Shown here: in pieces, positions 37,655 through 48,385 of the stretch
Numbering within the stretch: position 1 is the stretch's first letter
Layout of the letters: every line of letters starts with the position of its first letter
NCBI RefSeq assembly: GCF_001194135.2
Contig: NC_068995.1
Span: 15,086,417 to 15,150,416, forward strand
DNA length: 64,000 bases
Direction: 5' to 3'
Source of the DNA: Octopus bimaculoides
Taxonomy: Eukaryota
Notes under the pieces: model-generated
What the model saw: the letters and a program-made list of their open reading frames with translations, nothing else
The model's database searches: none
What the model was told of the DNA's origin: nothing
Translations under genes and position numbers: made by a program

Positions 37655-38916
37655 CTACAATAAATAGGATTAGCACAAGATCATTACACAAGACCAAATA
37701 TTTAAAACAAAACAAAAAATCTTTAAAACAAAACATGTACCAAGAATATAGGTGAGAGCATAAATTCCTTGTAATGTAATGAGGCTTATGAAATCATCAT
37801 CATCGTTTAACGTCTGCCTTCCATGCTGTCATGGGTCGGACGGTTTGACAGGAGTTGGCCAGGCAGAAGACTGCACCAGACATCTGTGTCTGTTTTAGAA
37901 TGGTTTTTATGACTGGATGCAATTCCTAACACCAACCACCCAGCAGAGTGGACTGAGTGCTTTTTATGTGGCATGAGGTCAGTTTTGGCATGGTTTTTTT
38001 TTTTTTTACCTCTGGATGCCCTTCCTGATGTCATCTCATATGTGTTATTCGAGTAAAGCACTTCAGTCTACAGACATCCAGCATGTTGAACTGCAAAAGT
38101 AAGCCATGGAACATAAAACAAATGTCACTTTTGTACAGTTGGCACCAATGCAAATACACATGGAAGGAAACATGCATGCAAATAGACATACAGATATACG
38201 TATGTGTGTGTGCCAATGTAGTCTCCTTCATTGGACACTAAACTCGGCTTGCGAAGACCTGTTGGGGCAAGCGAAAGCGAAAAAACGAAATCGTGACAGC
38301 ACCTGTGCCCAGCGTCGCCTTCCTGGCACTTGTGCCGGTGACACGTGTAAAGGCATTCCAGCGAGATCGTTGCCAGTGCCACTGGACTGGCTCCCATGCA
38401 GGTGGCATGTAAAATACACCATTTTGAGCGTGGCCGTTGCCAGTACCGCCTGACTGGCCTTCGTGTGAGAGGATGAGAGAAATGGAGAAAGACTGGAGCT
38501 GGATAATTCAGAAGATTAGGCGCCAATAGTAATAATGATAAAAAAGATAAAGGGAGAAAACTATGTGACTCTGAAATAGTGATTACAGCATTAGCTCAAA
38601 GCCTCAGCATTGCTTAACCCTTTAGCATCGAGATTATTCTGTCAAATGTAATGCTTTAGTCATATTCATCATCATCATCATCATCGTTTAACGTCCGCCT
38701 TCCATGCTAGCATGGGTTGGACGATTTGACTGAGGACTGGTGAAATTTGTTTTCAGTTAATCAGGCCTTATCTCTTAGCCTTCAGATTTTGATGATGTGA
38801 TTGTATGATTTTAGGATGACATTGTAGGGTAGGTGTGAGAAGCTGCGTCCAGCCAGTTTGAACACAAAACAGGCAGAGCATTTGGGCTGGTTTGAATGCT
38901 AAAGGGTTAACTATAT

Positions 38917-39405
38917 AAGGGTGGGGGCTGAAAAGTTCATAGTCTTCCTATGAAGGAGTGACGCTAGAGCTGCAAAATCTTGCATTCATTAATTTCAACT
39001 CTTCTTTTTAATAACCGCATTGTTTCTTTCCAGGTAAGCTGACATCTAAATGTTCAAAGAAGACTTCCAAAGTAACTAGTACCGACTTCTCTTGAAAGTA
39101 GATAGACTTTGGCATTGTAGTATTATCAAGTACCTGCAGAAAAACGGTTTAGCCCCCAAGGACATTCATGCTGACATGGTTGCTACATTAAGGGACAATG
39201 CTCCAGCTTTTATCAGCAGTGCAAAAGTGGGCAGCTGAATTTAGAAGAGGAAGGGAGAGAGTTCAAGATGACCCAAGTCATGCAACTGCCACCACCATGG
39301 AAAATAATGATCATGTACACCACATTGTGATGGATAACAGATAATTGACTATAAATCATATAGCCAATGCCTTTAACATACTCCATGAGAGAATTGAGAA
39401 TATTG
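38917..39405 (+). mobile_element. 5' fragment of a mariner element
   Basis: TIR-like GGGGCTGAAAAGTTCAT followed by degenerate transposase HTH sequence (SAVQKWAAEFRRGRE..QDDP-like). Confidence 0.65.
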
Positions 39406-39472
39406 GGTAGAAAATAAAATAAGACAAAGACAATTAAAAAAATTGAAATTTCTGAATAGTTCTTTAGCTTAC

Positions 39473-39736
39473 TTCATCATCTTGTGAATCACCTTCTTTG
39501 TGGTGATCTGGTTTTGCTGGAGATTCAATTCGGCGCCGCTTAGGTGACCGAAAATCAGTGTCAGAAGCTGAAGATGGTGGTGGCGTACTATTTCGTTGTG
39601 GCAGTACATTTTCTGCTCTTGGACCATGGTTGTTGTTGTTGGAATTATTCTCGTCATCTCCTGCGATGACGATGACTTCGGCTGGTTCTGTTGTCACCTC
39701 GTTATCAGGCTGGTTAGAATCACTGGTTTCTCCAGA
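39473..39736 (-). CDS. RFWD3: RFWD3 coding exon 2
   Basis: 264 nt, phase 0-0: SGETSDSNQPDNEVTTEPAEVIVIAG...SPKRRRIESP...GDSQDDE; donor GTAAGC; includes an NLS-like PKRRR. Confidence 0.88.
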
Positions 39737-40149
39737 CTAACAAATAGAAATTAAAGAATAATAATAAAAACCAATCAATTTGTTTTGTTTATTTTTTTAT
39801 ATCGAAATTTGTGAGCAATGTCATTAGCAATAGGTTCCCAATGTCACTGAATTTTTGATGACCAGAGCAACAAAAGAAGTGTTTAACCTAGTGGTTCTCG
39901 ACCATTTTTTCCTTATGGACCCCTTTGATTCCTATTTTACTCTACTGGACCCTAATAAGCATTCAATCTTTAAAAATCCCTAACATCATCATCATCGTTT
40001 AACGTCCGCTTTCCATGCTAGCATGGGTTGGACGATTTGACTGAGGACTGGTGAACCAGATGGCAACACCAGGCTCCAATCTAATTTGGCAGAGTTTCTA
40101 CAGCTGGATGCCCTTCCTAACGCCAACCACTCTGAAATATTACTCTTTA

Positions 40150-40535
40150 ACTTATTTCAGTCATGTGGCTGCGGTCATGCTGGAGCACCGCCTTCAGTCG
40201 AGCAAACCGACCCCAGGACTTATTCTTTGTAAGCCTAGTATTTATTCTATCGGTCACTTTTGCCGAACTGCTAAGTTACGGGGATGTAAACACACCACCA
40301 TCGGTTGTCAAGCGATGTTGGTGGGGACAAACACAGACACACAAACATATGCACATACATACATGCATATATACAACAGGCTTCTTTTAGTTTCCGTCTA
40401 CCAAATCCACTCACAAGGTTTTGGTCAGCCTGAGGCTATAGTAGAAAACATCTGCCCAAGGTGCCACGCAGTGGGACTGAACCCGGAACCATGTTGTTGG
40501 TAAGCAAGCTACTTACCACACAGCCACTCCTACGT
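40150..40535 (-). mobile_element. tRNA-derived SINE, family C with internal (CA)/(TA) microsatellite (representative copy)
   Basis: Near full-length; similar copies at ~9712-10045 (-), ~61745-62115 (+), ~35860-36200 (-) and ~33000-33830 (-, interrupted). Confidence 0.75.
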
Positions 40536-42044
40536 CTGCATTTTTACTGACAGCATACAACAGAATAGTGCCTTGTGTGAGTATCAATATAAATACCAAA
40601 TGAAGGTTCAAACTGACAGAATCTGAGTTCAAATATTGCTGGGGTCAACTTTGCCTTTTATACTTTTGGGGTCGATGAAATAAGTACCAGTTGAACACTG
40701 GGGTAGATGTAATCAACTATTCCCCTTCCCAAAATCGACAGCCTTGTACCAGAATTTGAAACCAATACAAGTACCAAATGAAGATGTGAACTGGCAGAAT
40801 CATTAGCATGGCAGGCAAAATGCTTAGCGGCATTTCATCCAACTTTACTTTCTGAGTTCAAATGTCACCAGGGACGACTTTGCCTTTTATACTTTTGGAG
40901 GTCGACAAAATAAGTACCAGTTGAACACTGGGGTCAATGTAGTCAACTATTCTCCTTCTCAAAACTGATCACCTTGTACCAAAATTTGAAATCAATATAA
41001 ATACCAAACTAATAAGGTAGTAATTGTTGTTTAACCCTAAGTCAACCTATTCCAACAATATTCTTCCCGTTTTTCCAGACCAAATCAAGCAAGGTATCTT
41101 AAAAGTAGGATGTGAGAGATTCTGCTACTATTTCTGGCAGGTCGAGTGGTCACAAAGAAGCTCCATCTTTGTGAATGACAAATACAAGACCAAATTTCAT
41201 TACTTTAGTGAAAAAGTCTCAAAAATCCTTCTATGGGTCCTATATATGAAGTTGGGCTTCCATAAGTCAATTTTGCTACAAGGCCAGTACTTTCAGGGGA
41301 GGGGGTTAAGTCAATTACATTGACCCTAGTACTCAACTGGTACTTATTTTACCAACCCCGAAAGGATTAAAAGCAAAGTTGACCACAGTAACATTTGAAC
41401 TCAGAACATGAAGATGGATGAAATGTTGGTAAGCGTTTTGCGTGGTGTGCCAACAATTCTGCCAGCTCACTGCCTTCCTATAAATTTAATATTACATGCT
41501 TTTATACAATGAAAACCATTTTTATCCTGAATATGTTACCACTGAAACCGGGGTGCATCTAATATGCCCGTGCATCTTTTAAAAGGGTAAAAGGTTGGTG
41601 ATGGTAAGGGCAATTGGGGTCATAAAATACTGCCTCAGAAATCCTATCAGCGATGATGATGATGATGATGACGAAAATAATGATAGATATGTTAACTTAC
41701 AGAATCAACATTTATATGTACAATTGACGTCCTGGAAGCCACAAATAACTCCTGTTCAGCATTTGAATCTGACTAAAAGGAAAAAAACAATAAAATACAA
41801 GTGATTAACAGTGAAATTAATAAATCATCCAAATATTTAAAAGTCTAAATACTCAAGGTGAATTGTTGTTAAGAAAATGATAATTTTTTTTTCAGATAGG
41901 TTCAGAAGTTTGCTTCCAAGCCTGTGGTTTTGGGTTCAGTCCCACTGCAATAGGCCCAGGCCAACCAAAGCCTTGTGAGTGGATTTCCTTGATGGAAACT
42001 GAAAGACACTAGTCTGTCTGTCTAAATATATATATGTATATATA

Positions 42045-42375
42045 TCATCATCGTTTAACGTCCGCTTTCCATGCTAGCATGGGTTGGACGATTTGACTGA
42101 GGACTGGTGAACCAGATGGCTACACCAGTATCCAATCTGATTTGGCAGAGTTTCTACAGCTGGATGCCCTTCCTAACACCAACCACTCCGAGAGTGTAGT
42201 GGGTGCTTTTACGTGCCACCGGCACGAAGGCCAGTCAGGGGGTACTGGCAACGACCACGCTCGAAATGATGTATTTTACTTGCCACCTGCACAGGAGCCA
42301 GTCCAGCGGTACTGGCAATGAACTTGCTTGAATGTCTTTTCACGTGCCACTGGCACAAGTGCCAGGAAGGTGACG
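42045..42375 (-). mobile_element. Young non-autonomous retroelement with RTE-like 3' end and (GAT)n tail (representative copy)
   Basis: Highly similar copies at ~5020, 23385, 27425, 38675, 39985, 58562 and 62580, all ending CGGACGTTAAACGATGATGAT. Confidence 0.7.
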
Positions 42376-42954
42376 TTGATATATATCATCATCATCATTG
42401 CTTAACGTCCACCTTCCATGCTGGCATGGGTTGGATGGTTTGACAGGAGCTGGTCAGATAGAAGACTGCACCAGAATTCCGTGTCTATTTTGGCATGCTT
42501 TTTCATTTGGTTTGTTCTTACTGCTTTAACCATTCCATTACTGAATTCCTGTTAAAATACATTGCCTTTGTTTTAATTAATTTGGTAATAACGAAGAATT
42601 TAGTAAAACAACTTTATCATTATTGAACTGGAGTTTAGAACATAAATTAATATGAAATTTCTATGGAAGGTTTTAATTTAGTTCATTTCAAAATAGGAAG
42701 ATTGTATCATAGATCCACAGGTGGTCTTGGGCAGTTTGGTATCAAAATGGTCAAGATTCTTTTAGTTGCTAACCACTTGGCTGTCAACCATGCATACTGA
42801 AGCTAAGCTAAGCTACATGTCTTGCCCGGGAGTACAACTTAACATGATGGATGTTAAGTAGACGTGTCAGACCATGTAATTTAGCATTTTACACAGCTAA
42901 TTTTAATTGATTTAATTAAAGAGATATAAAAAAAAATGGTTTGAATTAACATAC

Positions 42955-43793
42955 AGATTCAGCCGTTTCAACATATAACTGTGGTGTATTTGGCCCCTCA
43001 TCATAATCATTCTCGTTACCAGGAACATAATCTTCATCATCATCATTATCACCAGTAAGATGATCATCAATATCTGAGAGGTTTGAAGTTGTTGGATGGT
43101 TTAAAACTGAGGGGTTTGAAGTTAAGTTGCCCGAAGTTGGATGGTTTGAAGTTACCTGGCCTGAAGTAGGATTGCTTGAAGTTGCCTGGCCTGAAGCAGG
43201 ATTGTTTGAAGTTGCCTGGCCTGAAGCGAGATGGCTTGAAGTTGCCTGGCCTGAAGCAGGATGGTTTAAAGTTGCCTGGCCTGAAGCAGGATGGTTTAAA
43301 GTTGCCTGGCCTGAAGCAGGATGGTTTAAAGTTGCCTGGCCTGAAGCAGGATGGTTTAAAGTTGCCTGGCCNNNNNNNNNNNNNNNNNNNNNNNNNNNNN
43401 NNNNNNNNNNNNNNNNNNNNNNNNNNNNNNNNNNNNNNNNNNNNNNNNNAGATGGCTTGAAGTTGCCTGGCCTGAAGCAGGATGGTTTAAAGTTGCCTGG
43501 CCTGAAGCAGGATGGTTTAAAGTTGCCTGGCCTGAAGCAGGATGGTTTAAAGTTGCCTGGCCTGAAGCAGGATGGCTTGAAGTTGCCTGGCCTGAAGCAG
43601 GATGGTTTAAAGTTGCCTGGCCTGAAGCAGGATGGCTTAAAGTTGTCTGGCTTGAAACCAGGTGGTCCGAAGTTGCCTGTCCTGAAGCATGACGACTCGA
43701 AGTTGCTTGGCTTGAAGCTGTGTAATCTGAATCTGCATTGTCTGAAGTTGGGTGATCTGAAGTCGTCAAAGTTGTGGCTTCATTTTCGCTCAT
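42955..43793 (-). CDS. RFWD3: E3 ubiquitin ligase RFWD3, coding exon 1 (repeat-rich N-terminus; contains an assembly gap)
   Basis: Acceptor ttttcag directly before ATG (MSENEATT...). The frame is open through the ATLNHPASGQ repeats and an acidic tract, ending ...ETAES before donor GTATGT (phase 0). The frame offset across the N gap (43372-43449) is attributed to gap-size estimation. Confidence 0.75.
43141..43710 (-). repeat. 30-bp coding minisatellite in RFWD3 exon 1 (10-aa unit ATLNHPASGQ / ATSSHPASGQ)
   Basis: At least 16 visible units of atggtttaaagttgcctggcctgaagcagg, interrupted by a 78-N gap, with degenerate units at both ends. Confidence 0.95.
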
Positions 43794-45042
43794 CTGAAAA
43801 TATATCAATGAGTAAACAGATTTCAAGAGAAAAAGATCAAGGCCAGCAATTATAAAGATATTTATGGTTAAGATTACTAACACCAGCCATTATAAGGATA
43901 ATTATCTTTTACTTGGCACACCCCAAAGGGCTTTAGTTGAGCAAATCAACCCCAGTACTTATTTTAAAGTTTGTTACTTATTCTATCAGGTTCTTTTGCC
44001 AAACCACTAAGTTATGGAGACATAAACAAACCAACACCAGTTTTTTTTTTTTTTAATTTCTTTACTGCCCACAAGGGGCTACACATAGAGGGGACAAACA
44101 AGGACAGACAAATGGATTAAGTCGATTATATCAACCCCAGTGTGTAACTGGTACTTATTTAATTGACTCCGAAAAGATGAAAGGCAAAGTCGACCTCGGC
44201 GGAATTTGAACTTAGAACGTAGCGGCAGACGAAATACCGCTAAGCATTTTGCCCGGCGTGCCGTATTGTCAAGTGGTGGGGATAACAAACACAGATGCAA
44301 AGACATACATGCACACACAACAGGCTTCCACACAGTTTCCATGTAACAAATTTACTCACAAGGCATTGATCATCCTGGGGTTATAATAGATGTTTGCCCA
44401 AGGTGATGTGTAATGGAACTGAACCTGAAACCCATGTAGTTGCAAAGCAAGGTTCTGAACCACACAGCCATGCTTGTCTAAAACAGCATAATGTGACTGA
44501 TGGAGATTGAGCCCATGATCCTGAGATTGAGGTGCTCATGCTCTAGCTGGGCTTCTACATTATGATTAAAATTTTTAAGAACAATTTTGAAGGTTTTAAA
44601 GAAGCAGGAAAGAAGAGAGACAAGAAAGAAAAAAATGGGTGGGGGGACGAAGCAGCGGAAAATAGAGGAGTGATGGCCCACACCTCCCAGAACAAGAGGG
44701 ATGCTTAGCCATTCCCTGTGATAATAACTATGATGGTGTTGCTGCAGAAAATGGCAAGTGACACTCACAGCAGCAGCCATTCCACCTCACAGGGATCATT
44801 TATCCGACAGACTGCCACTATCCCTATTTTGCAGAATAAATCAGTAGTACAGGGTCCTAGAACAGCTGACATCTTGACAGCAACTGGCCAGGCCCTCGTG
44901 TTTATTGATTTTTCTTTCCTCAACATAATGGGTGGCAACACTCAGGTTTGGAGCCACTGCACATCATGTCCCAAGATTATTAACATTACCAATTATAAGA
45001 TATGGTTAACTGTTAACAGTATCTTATATGTGTGTGTGTGTG

Positions 45043-45358
45043 AAGGCGCGTGGTATAGTGAGGGCATTCTGCTGACGATCGTAAGGTCGGGAGTTCAATT
45101 CCCGGCGACGCGTTGTGTCCTTGAGCAAGACACTTTATTTCACGTTGCTTCAGTCCACTCAGCTGGCAAAAATGAGTAGTACCTGTATTTCAAAAGGCCG
45201 GCCTTGTCACACTTTGTGTCATGCTGAATCTCCCTGAGAACTACGTTAAGGATACACGTGTCTCTGGAGTGCTCAGCTACTTGCACGTTAATTTCACGAG
45301 CAAGCTGTTCCGTTGATCGTATCAACTGGGACCCTCATCGTCGTAACTGACGGAGTGC
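45043..45358 (+). mobile_element. tRNA-derived SINE, family A (representative copy)
   Basis: A-box/B-box-like head (TGGTATAGTG...GTTCAATTCCC) and body TGTCCTTGAGCAAGACAC...CAGCTGGCAAAAATGAGTA, shared with copies near 595, 2990, 55403 and 61218. Confidence 0.75.
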
Positions 45359-45804
45359 TCCATAAAAAAAAGACACACACACACGTTTGTTCCCCACCAC
45401 CGCTGGATAACCGTTGTTAGTTTGTTTACGCCCCTGTAACTTAACGATTCGGCACAAAAACAGACCGAATGAGTAATCAAAAAAATTCCTCGAGGCGATA
45501 CCACAGCATGGCGGCAGTCTAATAATTGAAACAAAGTAACAGGATTGTAGAAGTATAACCAATTTATTGCACATGGATTTTAACAAAATCTTATCTCCTC
45601 TCCTCCCAGCAAGGGCCATATGGGCCCTACTTGAGTATCACTGGGGTAAAGCAATGAACTGGTTCATTAACAAATCTACTTCAATTTATATCCCACTGTT
45701 TTAAACAATGAAGGGACACTGGACAACATAGTACTTGCGAGCTTAACTTCTAGGACATTTCACAGGCTTATTAAACCGGTCCAGGAGGAATGGATAGAAA
45801 AGTT

Positions 45805-45866
45805 GGCACTGTCATGCTATTAGCTGTCAGAAGTGAAAGTGCTCACTGCTAGTGAAGTCTGTCTGT

Positions 45867-45900
<34 letters not shown>

Positions 45901-46277
45901 TACTCGAAAGTTCGCGCGTCCGCGCTAGCTAGTCGTGAGTAGAAAACACAAATTTAATATAAAAACATATTTCCTGAAATTGCAAATTATTTAAAATATA
46001 AAAATATAATTTTCAACAGAGAGAATTTATCAAAATAGAAAACAAATGAAGTTTGAAGTTTAAAAATAATAGGATCGACCACTCACGACTAGCTAGCGCG
46101 GACGCGAGTACCCTTATACTCTGTGTTGTGTTTTCAAACGCATGGATATAGGTGTCAAATTTGTTCCAATAACTTTCGAGTAATAGATAGATAGATAGAG
46201 AGACAGACAGACAGACATACAGCTCGCTCCGGCCAGTCATGGTATTAGCTGTCGACAGCTAATAGCAGGATAGTGCC
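45805..46277. mobile_element. 473-bp Merlin-like MITE with 8-bp TSD GAAAAGTT and nested inverted repeats
   Basis: TIRs GGCACTGTCATGCTATTAGCTGTC / GACAGCTAATAGCAGGATAGTGCC; TSD at 45797-45804 and 46278-46285. Confidence 0.75.
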
Positions 46278-47064
46278 GAAAAGTTAAACCACAACAGGAT
46301 TCGAACTCAGAAAGTAAAGGATCATTAGAATCTATAAACGGTTGTGAAAAGACTGATTTCTTTCTTACAAAATATTTCTTCACTTAAGGTTTATATATAG
46401 GTATATAAACAACGAGTAAAGTATAATCCATAGAAATACTTTAACACAGTTATTTATAATTGTTTTAATACCAACTCTTGCTTGCAACGCCAGTTTACGC
46501 AAAAATTTAAAGTCAAAATCTACGTAATGTTTGCGGTTCAATATTAGAGTGACACTTCATCAGACATGCAACAAAGGTGCACTCTTCCAGATATTGGGAG
46601 GAAACCAACAAAACGGTTTTACCGTCGTGAAATCAGGATTTTCTACACCTGGAGAGTTTCGGTATTAGTCTGGAATCTGAGTGTTGATAGCCCATAACTC
46701 GGGTTGAGTGCTTCTTTGGAAATACCTTATATATTGAACAACACAAGTTAAAAACCGTCTCCAAGGCGGAGTTTCGGAACAGGTCGCCTACTTAAAAACT
46801 TTTGAAGATCTATGATTTTTTTTACCCTCACCCTCCCTCTCTGGGGCCCTCAGCACAGACTTGTCAATTTTTTTTTGCATTATGCACTTAAAAACGATGG
46901 GAGAAACCTTTATAAAAAAAAACAAAAGGAACATGTTGAAATCCATCAAGTGTGTGGTGAAATAGAAAAATTCAAAAATCCCCGTCAAAACTCTGTTTTG
47001 ACGGGGATTTTTGGAGCGACTTAGTTCGAAACTCCATGGACTCCAGTATTTGATTGGTACTTTA

Positions 47065-47161
47065 GGCGAAAGTAAAGAATAATTACAGCCGGTGGTTGGG
47101 GTTAAGATTAGGGTTTTTGTTACGCCGAAAACGAGTGGAGTACGTATTCTTTACTTTCGCC
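47065..47161. mobile_element. 97-bp Merlin-like mini-MITE
   Basis: Perfect 17-bp TIR GGCGAAAGTAAAGAATA; 8-bp flanks GTACTTTA / GTACTTGA (1 mismatch); telomere-like GGGGTTAAGATTAGGGTT inside. Confidence 0.6.
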
Positions 47162-47556
47162 GTACTTGATTTCCACACGTTTTATATTTGAATTGCTCGA
47201 ACATGTAACGAAAAGGGATATAAATAAACAAAACAAACGGTGGGATTTTCCACTTCCACTGCAGTTAATCCAACGAGACCCGTTTCTTTTTTTAAAACAG
47301 TCGGTTGTGAGTTGATAGAAGTTTAGTGGTTAATATAAAGATCTTCACCCGGGAACATAAACCAGCCTGGTGAGCGTTAACCATGAGGTGCTTTCCCGCG
47401 TGTTATTGGAATCGATTTAGCATTCCTATAAAGCACTCCAGACGTGAATGGCATTGTAATAGAAGACTAAGACACTGTAGGTAGCGTTTGTTGGACACGA
47501 AAGAATTAATGAGTTACCCCCGTCAAAAAATGATTACATCTCGATGGGTTTTTATT

Positions 47557-47953
47557 GCTTACCTTCAGCCTTCCTCCTTCATCACTGCTTTATGCTGTAT
47601 GCACAGTGTCACTCGTTCACTCCCTGCCTATATATATATATGTGTGTATATATATGCGTGAGAACAGCTAAGGGCCAAAAACAAGCATCACTACTACTGT
47701 ATCATGAATGACAAACGAGATGAACGTGGAAAATGAGAGAAACAAGATCAAAAAAGTCCGCCTGTTTGTGTTATTGGAACAAATCTCGTTAAAGTCTCGT
47801 TTTGTAAAGCAGAGAGAGAGAGAGAGAAAACGAGAGGGGGGGGGCTAGTGTTGGGGATAATGAGAGGTGGAGGGGTTAGTGTTGGGGATGAAAGAGAGGG
47901 GGGAGGGGTTAGTGTTGGGGGATAAACGAGAGTTTGTCAGTGATGTCACAGCG
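47557..47953. promoter_or_regulatory. Putative bidirectional promoter / 5'UTR region shared by RFWD3 (-) and YIPF3 (+)
   Basis: The genes diverge across a CpG-enriched zone. A minus-strand donor (AAG/GTAAGC at 47563/47562) could end a non-coding RFWD3 first exon. A CRE-like TGATGTCA is at 47941-47948. TSSs are inferred only. Confidence 0.45.
47833..47932 (+). repeat. Three ~32-bp G-rich tandem units just upstream of the YIPF3 ATG
   Basis: Unit GAGAGGGGGAGGGGTTAGTGTTGGGGAT(A/G)AA, three times. Confidence 0.8.
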
Positions 47954-47989
47954 ATGGCCGACCGTACAGATTGGCAACATCAACCTCAG
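47954..47989 (+). CDS. YIPF3: YIPF3 coding exon 1
   Basis: gcgATGGCC start, MADRTDWQHQPQ, donor GTACAC, phase 0. Confidence 0.75.
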
Positions 47990-48174
47990 GTACACGTTGG
48001 CAATTATTTATTTATTAGCATTTACATAATAATTCAATCAGACGGGTGTATTTTACCAAGATGCATTGTACATATCGCTCATTTTTTTTCATACACGATA
48101 TGTTGTTTAGGATCGTCGCTAAAATCGATTCCATTTTTTTCTGTTGTTGTTATTTATAATTAATCATTTGTAAT

Positions 48175-48385
48175 GTAAGGTGATGATGACAGTTCTTCGT
48201 ATCCGAAGATTATGAGGAAGAGCAGCAAGCTCTGATGTGGCTATGTAAATCGATCCTTGAACGACATCCTCTGACGCACTCGGGGCAAATACGTAGGCTT
48301 TGGTCAGATGGGGGTCGTGCCGATGACTTATCGTCTTAGGCGTTTCTTATCCGCCTGCATTCTTAGGAAGTGTTGCCTTTAAGGT
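48175..48385 (-). mobile_element. RTE/BovB-like LINE 3' end fragment
   Basis: Degenerate C-terminal zinc-knuckle-like region followed by the IFGYEELSS-type tail typical of RTE ends. Confidence 0.5.

Noticed and set aside
43127-43855. Plus-strand ORFs (EVAWPEAGWF / KLPGLKQDGL repeats)
   Set aside because: They are antisense shadows of the stop-free 30-bp repeat. Only the minus frame has splice signals linking it to RFWD3.
44718-45179. 153-aa plus-strand ORF
   Set aside because: It runs into a SINE head, has no recognisable domain and lies antisense within the presumed RFWD3 5' intron.
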